A stretch of 64,000 bases of DNA from Adineta vaga (taxonomy: Eukaryota; Animalia; Rotifera). Every line of letters begins with the position of its first letter. Position 1 is the stretch's first letter. The position numbers and the translations under genes are program-made. Location: positions 14,074,001-14,138,000 of the forward strand of contig CP075494.1 of assembly GCA_021613535.1 (NCBI GenBank). Direction: 5' to 3'. Under the pieces are notes generated by a model. That model was not told the origin of the DNA and did not search any database. It saw only the letters and a list, made by a program, of their open reading frames with translations. This document shows positions 43,111-59,937 of this stretch, one piece after another.

Positions 43111-43759
43111 TCTCATTTTTTTCTTCTCATTCTTACAACATCTTATATATATATTCTACTCGTCGCGCAGTTTCACTGAAGTTTTAACACTTTGAGATAG
43201 TAATAACAAGAAAAAAGAAAAAAAGTTTCTGCATGATAAACTTACTTCGTCCTTTTCTTTTACATTGTTGATTGTAGTAATGGATGAATGAATAACAAAA
43301 ATTTTTTTGACAAACTTTAATATATAGACACTTCCTTATATACATACGTAAATGAGCGATTCAAGTATCCAATAGAAAGAATGACAAAAGAATAAACTTT
43401 CATTTTCTTTTGAACAAATCCAATCAATTTCGACATACGTTTTATATCTTTATCATATTGACATCAGACAAATAGAAATGATATTTGCTATTCGAACATA
43501 AGAAATTATCATTAGATAATATTGACATTCTTTATAATGAAGATCGTATTCAAGTGATTCGTAGTTATTTTAAAGAATAGAGGTTGTCTTCGTTTTATTG
43601 ATTCTCTCTTACATCTGTATTACAACAATTTTGTTGCACACACACACACACACGCACATACACGAAAATAAAGGAATAAAGGGTTTACAAGAAGATACTC
43701 TATACAAAATATGATAGTTATTTTTGTTTTATTAACATAGAATTTGTTCAAAAAAATAT

Positions 43760-48149
<4,390 letters not shown>

Positions 48150-48849
48150 CTAGAAAACCGTTTTTTTTGGTAATATAATTATGAAAAACAAGATCATTTG
48201 CTTGACTTGTGTATTATCGATCGCAAAAGCACCTACCTTGTACTAACCAATATGGTAAAATGAAATGAAATAGTTAGAAAAGTGATCATACGCAACAACA
48301 ATGACAGACATACAAAGGGGAATTTTGTCATTGGTTAAAATATAAATGTATATTCATCCAATAGGATTATGTGCCGAAGTAAAAGTAGAGAAAACGCCAC
48401 CTTTTCAATTTCATTTTAATGAAAAATAAGTTAGTTAATTTTTAATTTTGTACTGAACAATTAAAAGAGATTTTCAATCTGATTGTCAGCTAAGGACATC
48501 TTCTTCTCTGTGGTCAGTGCGAAGAATCCATCTTAAGCTTGAACAAACTGAAAATAGTTCACCAATGTTTTCAATTAAAGCAATCAAATGAGTTCCATGA
48601 TTATTCTTGACTATGTATAGTACTTTTAACATAACTGCATCAAGCTTTTATATTATGCTTAAAATCTCTTTGAATTGACTTTGTTTCATACTGTAACCTT
48701 AGATAAGGTCATAAATAGTTCTCATCTAGTTTTTGCTCTTACTATTATGTGCCTGTTAAAAGATGTAGACATATAGATTCAATTTAAATTTATTTCAAAG
48801 AAATGATAACACAACAAGTGTATTCTGCTGAGAATCAATCTTGAAGTGG

Positions 48850-50604
48850 TTAATTAGCTGATGGTAAAACATTTTGAACACCATTAAGAATATTTTGAAG
48901 TGTTTCTTGAAGAACAGCTGGAATTTGATGAAGATCATTGTTGAGAGCATTGACATTGTTTAATAAATTCAACAAGGAAAGAACAGTTGAAATTGATGTA
49001 CCTTGGGGTAAAAGATGGCTGATACTTGAGAGTAAGTTAGCATTTTGACCAAGAGCACCCAAGAGATTGCGGCTAGTAGAAGCTATAAAACAAATAAATA
49101 GTTTTGTAAAGTAATTTTATGGTATCGGAGATGCAAAAGTTACCATGGGGTGTAACAAGAGCAATCAATTGATCGACAATGATTTGTGTAGCTTGACCAG
49201 CTCCACCAACAACACTGGCTAATGTTTGATTGAGTAAAAGTGGAATTTGATGGATGTCGTTGTTAAGTTGGTTAACATTGTTCAATAAGTTAAGGATTGA
49301 AAGAATGCTAGCAATTGATGTACCTTGTGGTAAAAGATGAGTAATGCTTGAGAGTAAGTTAGCATTTTGACCAAGAGCGCCCAAGAGATTGCGGCTGGCA
49401 GCACCTGTAGTAAAACAGATAGATACTTTGATAATACAATTTAGTACTCTAGAAATGTAAAAGTTACCATGGGGTGAAACGAGACCAATCAATTGATCGA
49501 CAATGAGTTGTGTAGCTTGACCAGCTCCACCAACAATGCTAGCTAATGTTTGATTGAGTAAAAGTGGAATTTGATGGATGTCGTTGTTAAGTTGGTTAAC
49601 ATTGTTCAATAAGTTAAGAATTGAAAGAATGCTAGCAATAGATGTACCTTGTGGTAAAAGATGGCTGATACTTGAGAGTAAGTTAGCATTTTGACCAAGA
49701 GCACCCAAGAGATTACGGCTAGCAGCATCTATCAGTTGAATTAGAAATAATATTTCATATGAACAAATAAATAATTTACTTTGATGATTCATTCCAGAGA
49801 CAACACCAATTAATTGATCAACAACGATTTGACTAGCTTGACCAGTTGTGTTAAGAATGTTAGCGAGTGTTTGATTGATCAAGAGGGGAATTTGGTGAAT
49901 CTAAAGAAGCAACTAGAATGATTTTGTTTTCGGACAAAGGATCGAATATTTGCATACATCGTTTGTTAATTGATGAACATTGTTAAGTAAATTCAAAATT
50001 GATAAAACTGTTCCCATATCAGTACCATGTGTAGCTGATGTCAATGTTTGTAAAAGATTGCTACCACCAAGAAGTGAACCAAGTGAACCTAATGGATTGC
50101 TTCGACTAGCAATACCTATGAATACAAAATAAGTGTTAACGATCTTAGTTTTACACGAATTGTGTGTCTAGTTACCATTTGTTTTACAAGCTGTAAGGCT
50201 TGGGCAACATCCACCAACTGGAACTGGAGCAGGTGTACCATCGGGACAAACTTTAAGATCCATAGTGCACATAACAAAAGCACAGTTGGAGATAGCTAGA
50301 AAGAATACAATCATGCCTAGTTCAATCAAATTATGAGTTATGTACGTTTGATTGGGTTGACACTATTTTTGCAAGCACTCAACGATGGACAACATCCACC
50401 AACTGGAACTGGAGCAGGTGTACCATTGGGACAAATTTTAAGATCCATGGTACAAAATGTTGCCATGCAGTTGGGTTTCAATGCTATTCAAAAACAAATT
50501 GAATAATCGTAGTAAAATATACGGATCTATTTCTTATTTAACATACGGAAAACAACACCATGAGCAACACCAAGAGTAACAAGTAAACAGACGAGAGCTC
50601 TCAT
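48850..50604 (-). CDS. Orphan secreted protein: signal peptide, two 6-Cys modules, four Leu/Asn-rich amphipathic repeats
   Basis: MRALVCLLVTLGVAHG; CMATFCTMDLKICPNGTPAPVPVGGCCPSLSAC and CAFVMCTMDLKVCPDGTPAPVPVGGCCPSLTAC; repeats (A/T)SR-NLLGALGQNANLLSSI.HLLPQGTSI..ILS.LNLLNNVN.LNND.HQIP. Eight coding exons splice in frame. Confidence 0.85.
48900..49730 (-). repeat. Tandem exon+intron duplication, period ~322-324 nt (3 close copies plus one diverged upstream)
   Basis: cccaagagatt(g/a)cggct recurs at 49058, 49380 and 49704. Exons are near-identical and the introns share a gtaactttt start. Confidence 0.9.
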
Positions 50605-50745
50605 TTTCGTAGATTTAGTCTAGAAAAAAACCAATTCAATATTCAAAACTATTTTCGATTCATCTTGTTACCTTACCTTTTATAAGTAACAGAAAAGGGG
50701 ATAAAAGCTTTGATAAGCAAATACTCAAATATAAACGTACTGGTC

Positions 50746-50751
50746 TTTATA
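50746..50751 (-). promoter_or_regulatory. TATA box of the secreted repeat-protein gene
   Basis: GCTATAAAG on the minus strand, upstream of a short 5'UTR exon (donor GTAAGG ~50676, acceptor ~50620) and ATG 50604. Confidence 0.55.
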
Positions 50752-51240
50752 GCCTGCTATATATGGATTTTATCTCCAGCTGACATAATTCCCAAAGTCG
50801 ATTATTATTGAAATAGTCGTCTTTCTTTGGCGTTAACTAATCGAATTTGCAAGCGATTTTGTCACACCTACGTGTTTTTTCTGTATTTTAGTTAAATATT
50901 TATTTAATAGACTAGATGACACGAAAATCTTATTACTTATTGTTTTTTTCAAATAAAAATCAAATGATGATTTTCTCATAAACATGATTTAGAGAGACAA
51001 GTTTTAACGAAAGAAAATGTCTGATCGTTATGTAGCGACATCAATTGATAAACCCTCCTTCTCTGACGAATAGATATATCAGACTAACCAATACTAGAAA
51101 ACGTCGACCGGTGAGGGCATTTTCTGAAAATAGAACACATACGACAAGTAGAATCACCTCGAGTAAATTTTCGTCTGACATATTAAGTACATTTTCATAT
51201 ATTATAGATTTGTTTTCAAGCTTTTGATCAACAGTTCAAT

Positions 51241-51958
51241 ATGAGCGATCAATGGCAAGATGAGACTGCATTGAAAGCTCAAGTAGTCGATGATGATGAA
51301 GTTCTCGATAGTTGGGAAACAGCTTTAGAGGAAAAAGTATGTGTAATTGAATTTCATTCATTTTTGTTTTTCAATAACTTTTCTTTAGCCTAAAAAATCT
51401 GATGTAGAAGAAAAACCCAAAGTAACAGCCAAATCCAGTAAAAAGAAATCAGATGATTCTCAAAAAACCATTAAACAACCTGATGGAGATTATACACCCG
51501 ATGAATTAGATACAATTAAACAAAAAGAAGAACTCAAAGCAGAACATGATAAATTAAATATGGCTTCAGATTTAGTTGATCCAGATGGTAAACATCGATC
51601 ATTAGATAATTTGGATTTATATACAAAAGATGAATTTCTAAATTACAGTACTCGTTTATATAATCATTTAAAAATTGTATCAAATTCAGAATTCTATCCC
51701 GATTTTATCGATAATTTTCTCCAAGGTCTAGCCAAATCAATGTCAAATGAAGGTGTTCAACGTTTATCAACAACATTACAAGCGATAACTCTACGTAAAC
51801 AAAGTGATGAACGTGAAAAGAAAGCCAAAGCAAAAACGAAAAAACAAACAAAACCACAGTTAAGAACTGGTCGACAATCGGATTATGGAGCGTTTGCTGT
51901 CGCCGCAGGTGATAATGATTATGATAATGACGATTATGATGATGAAGATTTTATGTAA
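51241..51958 (+). CDS. EIF3J: Eukaryotic translation initiation factor 3 subunit J
   Basis: Acidic N-terminus DDDEVLDSWE, TKDEF, S.FYPDFIDNF, KKAKAKTKK and diagnostic C-terminal DYDDEDFM*; one intron at ~51337-51388. Confidence 0.9.
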
Positions 51959-52799
51959 AGAGTCCAGTTATTTTTGTTTGTATTTTTAAAAGAAAGAATA
52001 AATTTGATAAAACAAAATCAAATGATCTAGATTGATTGAAAATGAATAGACATATAAAATATTGTCAACAGTCTATATTCTTGCTCTGTTATAATGTGAC
52101 GGTGCGTCATTGTTGAGGCACATTAGATAAAAAAGGAAAATGGCGACTAAAACGATAACGATTATTGATGAATGTGTATAATTTATTCCATCTTATTATA
52201 TCTTAATACATTGAATTTGATTAATCTCAAATGAAAATTTCATTGTGTGTTAGTCTTACGCTTGACAGAACTTTTCGGAATCACACAATGTACATTTCAA
52301 TCAAGTGTATAATAAATACATGTAGAACATTGAGAACTTATCATTGTTTATGAGCGGATATGTGCATATATGTATGAAAGAGAAAGTGATGTTATTCTTA
52401 TGATTGTGTGTCGTATTTCGTTTATTTTTCTTTATTATTAATGTTTTGAGAAAAAAAAGCTTTGGGCAGATGCGCGCTCATGTGATTAATAGAACAGTGC
52501 GGAATATTTTCTTTTCCATGATAAATTACAATAAAATTAGAAATTTCATTTTTGATTTTTACATCATTCGTATTCTATATCTAAACAGTGATTTTTTTCT
52601 TCTTCTTCATGTTTTTTTTTCTCTATGCATTCAGTTACATTTAATGAGATGAGGTCGACGGCAGATGTCGTCTTCTGATTTACGGCAAAAAACAAGTCAT
52701 ATTCTTCTTTTCCAAAAGTCTTTAATCTTCTTGAATTGTTTATTTTCTTCTTAGATTAATTTTTTCCAATGATTGATACTCAAGAATATTTTTATCGTC

Positions 52800-54840
52800 A
52801 TGAATATTGCTTCATCATCTATCACTAGAGATGATCACAATGAACGATTAAAAATTCCATTGAATCGTTTTTTCTCATTTCATGAAAATACATTATCATC
52901 AGTGGAAAATCGTCGTCGTTCAATAAACGAAGTAAGTCAGTTGATTGATCGATCGATCGATGATTTTTATTTTATTTATTTTTCTTCTTATAGTTGATAT
53001 CGAATTTAAACGAAGAAGATAAAACTAATCTCAACGAAACATCATTCTCTTTTGAATGTCATCAATGTTTTAAAATCTTTGCGAGTCAATACGGATTTAA
53101 TTTTCATTTGAATATGTATCATCCGCATCAATCAATACTTTGTCCTGATTGTAATATTACATTTCGTTCACATCGTGCTTTGAAAAATCATCAACAACGT
53201 TTTCATTTCAATTATCCTGAAAATCTTCCAAATTATTATTATCTTTCATCCTATTTATTTCTTGCTTTTTCTACCGAACAATTTTCATTGGTTACAAAAA
53301 ATGCTTGTGAACAGGGACGTTTACCATTAGGACAATTATCTTCAAAATTATTTTCATGTCAATCATGTCATCTAGCATTTCCTTGTTCGAATGCATTGAA
53401 ATATCATTTATTAAATAAACATGAACAATATGAATACGAAATTTGTCGATCTATTCTTCATGATATTATTGTACAAGTGGAAGAAAATAACAAAATTGTT
53501 GATCTTAATAATAATGCTGATGATAGTGATAATATTGAATCCATGAAATTCTTATTAGCAAAACAAGCATCAATTTTTGGACTTGTAGATAAAAATTTAG
53601 CAAAAGATATTCGTTGTATGAAACACGAACATCATAAATTAATCTTTCCTTCATGTCAACATTCAAATCGAACATGTGCAAATTTATGTTTGAAATATCT
53701 TTCATCCTATGATAAACTTATTGAAAACTATTCATATCCAATAACAACAATCCCGAAAACGAATCCATTTGCTCAAGGTTCAATCGTTTCTAAACCCCTA
53801 ATTGGATCATTGATTAATAGTAGTTCACCATCAAAAGATACGAATCAAAAACGTACATCGTTTAAACGAGTTCAATCATCAATATCGGAACATTCATCAT
53901 CACCTCAATCGAAAAGAAGAACGATAGAACAAATCAAAGTAATTCATTTCTACTTATTTTCTCTATTATCTACTTCTCATTTAGACAAATGAATCCAAAC
54001 TTTTTTCGTCTGAACAAATCTTAATTTCACCAAAGAAATCCTCTTCGAAAATCAATCATAGTTACGGTATGTTTTCCATTATTGAACTAACTATATGTTC
54101 ATATTTTGTTCTTCAGCACGTTCATTATCTTCGACGTCAGGTAATTCATCAACATCTACTCGTATATCATTAAAAAATTCCAGACAATCAACATCAAAAC
54201 GAAGTTTATCTCCAGCAATGACACTTGCAGTTGAACGTTCATCGGAAAAACGTCGTCAACAACGTGAACAAAGGAAAACAAAAGCTTCTGTATCATCATC
54301 AAATATTACATTGAAAAAATCACGTAGTATTGAACAAGAAAATGATGATGATGATGATGAAGATAATATTATTATTCCGTCGAAATCTGACAAACAAAAA
54401 AGACAACGTGAAGCTTCAAATAGTTCCGTTGAATATGTTCAAGTACTCAATAATGAACAGCAAACAATACCATCATTAAATAATATTGAAAATTTCAAAT
54501 TAAAAACAAAATCGGATGAAAAAGATATTATTCTATGTGATTCGCCAACAACTAAGAAGAAAGTTATTTCATCACCGAATAAAAATCTTTCAAATGGTCA
54601 TCAGGTAACTTCAAAAATAAAACAACATATAAATAAATTTATTGAAATGATTTTCAATTATTTTAGACGCCTGAATATGATGAACATGTTCGTGTTCGTT
54701 GTAAAATTTGTGGTGATATTCTCGAAGGACGAAGTCGATTTTCCAAACATGTATTAACAATGCATTCACATCTTATAAAACCTAATACATCCAATATCAA
54801 ACAACAACAACAACAACAACAAACTACAATTGTTCTATGA
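52800..54840 (+). CDS. C2H2 zinc-finger protein with Ser/Lys-rich low-complexity region
   Basis: CHQCFKIF..FNFHLNMYH, CPDCNITF..LKNHQQRFH, CQSCHLAF..LKYHLLNKH, terminal CKICGDIL..FSKHVLTMH. Start codon uncertain. Confidence 0.8.
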
Positions 54841-55359
54841 AAATTCCTTGAATGTTCTTTTCTGTATAGATTAGTATATGTGCTTGTTTTTCTTTTACAC
54901 ATTTTCATTTAAGAACACAAGACGAGAGTTTCTCTTTGTCAATGTTAATATGTATTACTAAGAAACAAGAATGCTTGGAATTATTTTTTTTTCTTCTCCT
55001 TTTTGTATTTGTTCGATTTTGTTTGTGTTTTCTTTTTCTTCTGGTGCATATGTCAATAAAAGAAAGTTTGAATAGAGTACCTGGAATTTCGATTAGTCAA
55101 AGGAGATTATATTGCATCTTTTTATTTTTGTACTTGATCGATCAGATGTGAAAATCTGTGAACGTGATGAAAATAAGTGAAATACAAAACTCACACCCAC
55201 AGTTTTGCACGTCTATTAAACGATTAGCAAGATGAACAACAGATTATATAGTGATCACACCCTCAAAAAAGATTATTTTGAAAAGTTTAGTCTAGATTAA
55301 CACCAAACACGAAGAACATTTTTCTCTTCGCTTGATGAATCCAGTTATGTTTAGCGCGG

Positions 55360-56379
55360 ATGATTAATACAACGAAAACAACGATCTTTGATGTTGTGCG
55401 AACAGTACACAGGCTTGAACAGATTCATAAATACATGGTTATTATACTTTATAGTATTGGTATCTGTGGAGCATGTTTAAATATCATAACATTTCTTCAA
55501 AAACAACTTCGAATTAATCCATGTGGTGTTTATTTTTTCTCAACATCGCTTATTGATTTTGGTATAATGAATGTATATCTTCTAATCGAGATTATTGAAG
55601 CATTCAATAAGCCTCTTTCTAATACAATTCAAAACACGAGATTTTGGTGTAAAACTGGAAAATTTTTAAAATTTATATTTCCTTGTTTATCATCCACTTA
55701 TCTGACACTTGCATCTTTCGATCGATTTTGTATTAGTTCATCAAATCCAAAATTTCGACAATGGACTAATTTAAAAATCAGTCGTCTTGTAGTCAGTAGT
55801 GTTTTTATTATTTGGACTTTAGTTGGATTACATATTCCAATTTTCTATGATCTTATTTACAGTTCATCATTCAAGATCCCAAGTTGTCAAGTGATGACCA
55901 GTTTGGCACGAGCTATTTTAATTATTGATGATTTTGTGTTTTCAATATTTAATGGAATAGTTATTCCATTTATTCTAACTATCTTTGGTTTATTAATTTA
56001 TTATAATATAAAACAAAGTCGAAGTCGAGTTCATTTTCAACCAATGACAGCAACGACTATTAGTACAACATTTCTTGGTCATAGAACAAGAACAATCCAT
56101 CATCGTCGTAGTTCTCATATGCTTTTTATGTTATTAGTACAAGTATTTTCAACAGTTATTCTGAATATACCATTTATAATCATCTATCTTTTAACTTATA
56201 CAGATAATTTACCAAAAGATTTATCTAAAATTAGAGTTTTTTATATATTTAAATCTATTGGTTTATGGTTTTATTATATGAACTATTGTAAAACATTTTA
56301 TATCAATACATTAACAAGTCGATTATTTCGGGAAAGTCTTTGTCAACAATTTCGTCAATTTTTCTCGCTACATTATTAA
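55360..56379 (+). CDS. Intronless rhodopsin-like (class A) 7TM GPCR, orphan/chemosensory-type
   Basis: Seven hydrophobic segments; LNIITFLQKQLRINPCGVYF, WCK, LASFDRF, IPFILTIFG, MLLVQV, FYINTLTSRLFR. Confidence 0.9.
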   Translation: MINTTKTTIFDVVRTVHRLEQIHKYMVIILYSIGICGACLNIITFLQKQLRINPCGVYFFSTSLIDFGIMNVYLLIEIIEAFNKPLSNTIQNTRFWCKTGKFLKFIFPCLSSTYLTLASFDRFCISSSNPKFRQWTNLKISRLVVSSVFIIWTLVGLHIPIFYDLIYSSSFKIPSCQVMTSLARAILIIDDFVFSIFNGIVIPFILTIFGLLIYYNIKQSRSRVHFQPMTATTISTTFLGHRTRTIHHRRSSHMLFMLLVQVFSTVILNIPFIIIYLLTYTDNLPKDLSKIRVFYIFKSIGLWFYYMNYCKTFYINTLTSRLFRESLCQQFRQFFSLHY

Positions 56380-56611
56380 GACTAATGAACATTTACTATC
56401 TTCTTTTTATGTACATTATATATATCCATGTCTAATTGATTTCTAGATGTTTTGTTTATGATCAATGTCTGTTCATACACATGAAATAATAGAAATGTCA
56501 ATCAAAAAAATAATAATAAATAAATAATAATACAAAGAAGACATGTTCTGTAAAATGATACGAATAAAAATATCCTTTCGTCATCGATTAATTTATACAA
56601 TTAATACGGAA

Positions 56612-57535
56612 TTATTCTCGATAGCTTCGAGTCATTGATGTTTTATCATTACTACGTGATTTGTAATCAGCAGGTAAAGATAAAATTGATTCGGTAAGCA
56701 TCTTTTTAACATTATCATATTTCGGTTTTTCTGCAAGTAGAAAACCACTATCACTGGTGATGTCTACACGACATAATGGACATGTATGAGATGATGTAGC
56801 AGATACTTGAGATGACCTAAATATCGAACAAATATGTTGAAAATAAAACGCTTGATAGGATGAAAGTTACCATTGTTGAAAACATTCGTCACAAAATTTA
56901 TGTGTACAAGGCAAAACTAGATTTGATTGACGATCCAAACAGATACAACATTCATTATCATTCGGTAAATTAAATGATCTGAAAGGAAAATCATAAAATT
57001 TATGATGAGTTATTCTTCCACTTACAATTTAGCTGTAGAAAATGAAGAAGAATGTTGTTTTACTGGTTCTGAATTATACAATAATGTTGATGGACATTTT
57101 TGTAATGTTAAAATTTGTTGACTTAAAGATCGATGTACCGATAAGAATTGATGTAGATTTAAAATAATTTCATTCGATTTACTTTGATCTGCTCTTAATA
57201 TCTAGAAAATGTATTTTATTTATTCAACAATTCATCTAAAGTTTCTCATATACTTTCGAACATGTAATACGAATTAAAGCTTTCCAAAGTATCGTCGAAT
57301 CTGATTGTGGTACAATGGTGAAATGTAAATAGTGCGGTTCATCTCTGGTGAACGCTTCTAATGTTTTATTAAATTCCTTAAGTAATTCATTAAATTCATT
57401 ATGTCGAAGAAAAATGATTTCTTTGATTTTTAAAATTGTTGGAACAAATTCCAAACCATTCGATGACATATTTGCTTCCATTTGATGTCGATTATTCGAT
57501 TCATCTTCGTCGGAATGTTCGTGTTCATGAAACAT
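56612..57535 (-). CDS. RNF141: RING finger protein 141-like
   Basis: LHFTIVPQSDSTILWKALIRITCSK, ILNLHQFL, and RING ECCICLDRQSNLVLPCTHKFCDECFQQW..TCPLCR. Confidence 0.85.
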
Positions 57536-58354
57536 GCTTGTTTTCTTCTGCAATGATACAAATGACTAAGAAAAAGATACCAACAATAGTGCAAAGTAGC
57601 AGAGCGACATCATTCAATGACTCATTTAGTCAATCTCTAGACAGTTCTAGATGATGATAAATTCAACCAACCAAAACGGAAGATTATTTTAAATACTTAC
57701 ATTTTATTCCAGAAAAATTATTATATCATGAGACTGATTTTTGATTAGGAGAAGAAAATTTTTTCTAGACTATTTCTTATAGAGGCTGATTCTCCTTTAC
57801 GCTCAAGATGGCTATGAAAGAAAACGTACAACGTATATATTTTCATATATCTTTGTTTCGAAACATTTTCCTCCATTGATCGATTGATGCTCTGTTTTTT
57901 GTCGTTTGGTACCATCGTTTTATTCTCTTAGTTTATGACAGTTCGTTTATTTTTTTTTCTCAAGTATTTATCATCCTCAGTTCTTCTCATCTATAATAAT
58001 GTGTAAATGTTGTTCGACAAGTATGAAAATTTAAGAAATGATTAGGAAAACTTAAGTGAACAAGAATGCATAGCATGCATGCGCATAATTCGCTCATTCG
58101 TTCAACGACGAATCTCGCGAATGTGTGTCCACGAGGAATTAACCTTGTCGGCGGCAAAAACAAAACACAGCCGAGCTGCTTTACACCTCTTGTGATCTTA
58201 TTTCATTGGAGTATTTAAATGATTTCAAACTACTATACTGATTCTTCATATCCAGTTGAAAAACAACAGCGAATGTACCATACAAAAGAATGAAGTTTTT
58301 AGATTAACATCATTTCATCATCATCATCATCATCATCATCATCTTCGCAATACA

Positions 58355-59276
58355 ATGGCCGATGCAGATAAACTTGGACTTGGTCTTGACGAAATCATTC
58401 GGATAGATAATTCTTCAAATCGACGTGGTGGTAAACAAGGATTTCGTGGACGAGGTGGTGCTCGGACCGGTCGAGGCGGTGGTCAAATGAATGGATTTCG
58501 AACACGTGGAGGTGGTGGATTGGTAAAATAAGTGTTTTCTATGTTTCTATGTTTCGAATTCAATTATTTTTAGCCTCGAACATCAAATGCTCCAGCAGGA
58601 CGTTGGAAACATGATTTATTTGAAGATAATTCAAATCGTGGTCGTGGTGGACAACGAAATACTGGTATGAATAGTACAACAAAATTACTTATATCAAATC
58701 TTGATTATGGTGTAACAACGAATGATATTCAAGTAAAAAGACTAAGCTTTTCGATGAAATTAATATACATTCATATGTGTTATTCAAGGAATTATTTGAA
58801 GATATTGGAGCAATTCGTGTAGCACGTGTTCATTACGATGAAAGTGCTCGTTCATTAGGTACAGCTGAAGTTGTTTTTGAACGTCGTGCTGATGCAACAA
58901 TTGCTCTTCAAAAATACAATGGACTGAATCTAGATGGTAAGATAGACGATTTTCATAATTCTACCAAACTATTTTTGATTTATTTTCGTTTTCAGGTCGA
59001 CCAATGGATATCAGACTAGTCGGTGGTGTCGATGATGGATCACAGCAACCACCGAATCGTGGTTCATATTCGAATGGAACCGGTGGTGGTAATCAAAGAT
59101 CAGGTTTTCGTAATAATAATCAACAAAATGGCAATCGAGGTGGAGGTAATCGATCACGTGGCGGTAGACAACAACAAAATGGCACTGGTGGTAATGCAAA
59201 AAAGGGCAATGTCACTGCTGAAGATCTTGATGCTGAACTCGATGCTTATCGTGCTGAAAGTGCACCAAAGAAATAA
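58355..59276 (+). CDS. ALYREF: mRNA export adaptor Aly/REF (THOC4)
   Basis: MADADKLGLGLDEII, RGG boxes, GRWKHDLF, RRM KLLISNLDYGV..DIQELF..VHYD..RSLGTAEVVF..KYNGLNLDGRPM, C-terminal TAEDLDAELDAY. Confidence 0.95.
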
Positions 59277-59937
59277 TCATATTGTAATCATTCCTCGTTG
59301 TTTTTCACAATTATCTCAAAAAGAACTTAATAACACTTTTTTCGTTTTGTTTTTTGTTCGAAAAAGTATCAATGTGCTTCTATGAAACGCTTTAATTTAC
59401 ACACAAGTACAAAATGTGTTTTCAAAACAAAAATCCTGATCTTTGTTGTTGTTGTTTCTTTCTGCTCTTTATGTATCTCTTGTTTTTCTTTTTGTTCGAT
59501 ATAAATATGCTTGTGTGTGTAATATATACTCTTGTATAAATACTGTGCTGGAAAAAAAACTGGTTAAGTATATCAATGACAATGATAAAAAAGAGAAGAA
59601 ATGAATATAGTCAATCCGATCGTATCATCAACGAAATAGAGTTTTTTTCTTCTTCCTAGTTGATTTTCTTTTCTTCCAACATAGATTTAAGACGCCATCT
59701 GTTGAATTGTTCTTTCTTTAAATAAAACTGTTATCCGATTGGCAAAATCTGTTTCATATGAGGTAAAACAATGACACTTAACCAATTCGCTTAAAACACA
59801 TTCTATACAACAAAACAAAATGCACAAGAATTGATGACATAAGCAATAAATGATGAATAAGACATGTTTTCATTTTTCTTCTAGAATAGATAAATTAGTA
59901 ATTGCATAATTTATTACAATATAAGCAAACTATTCGT

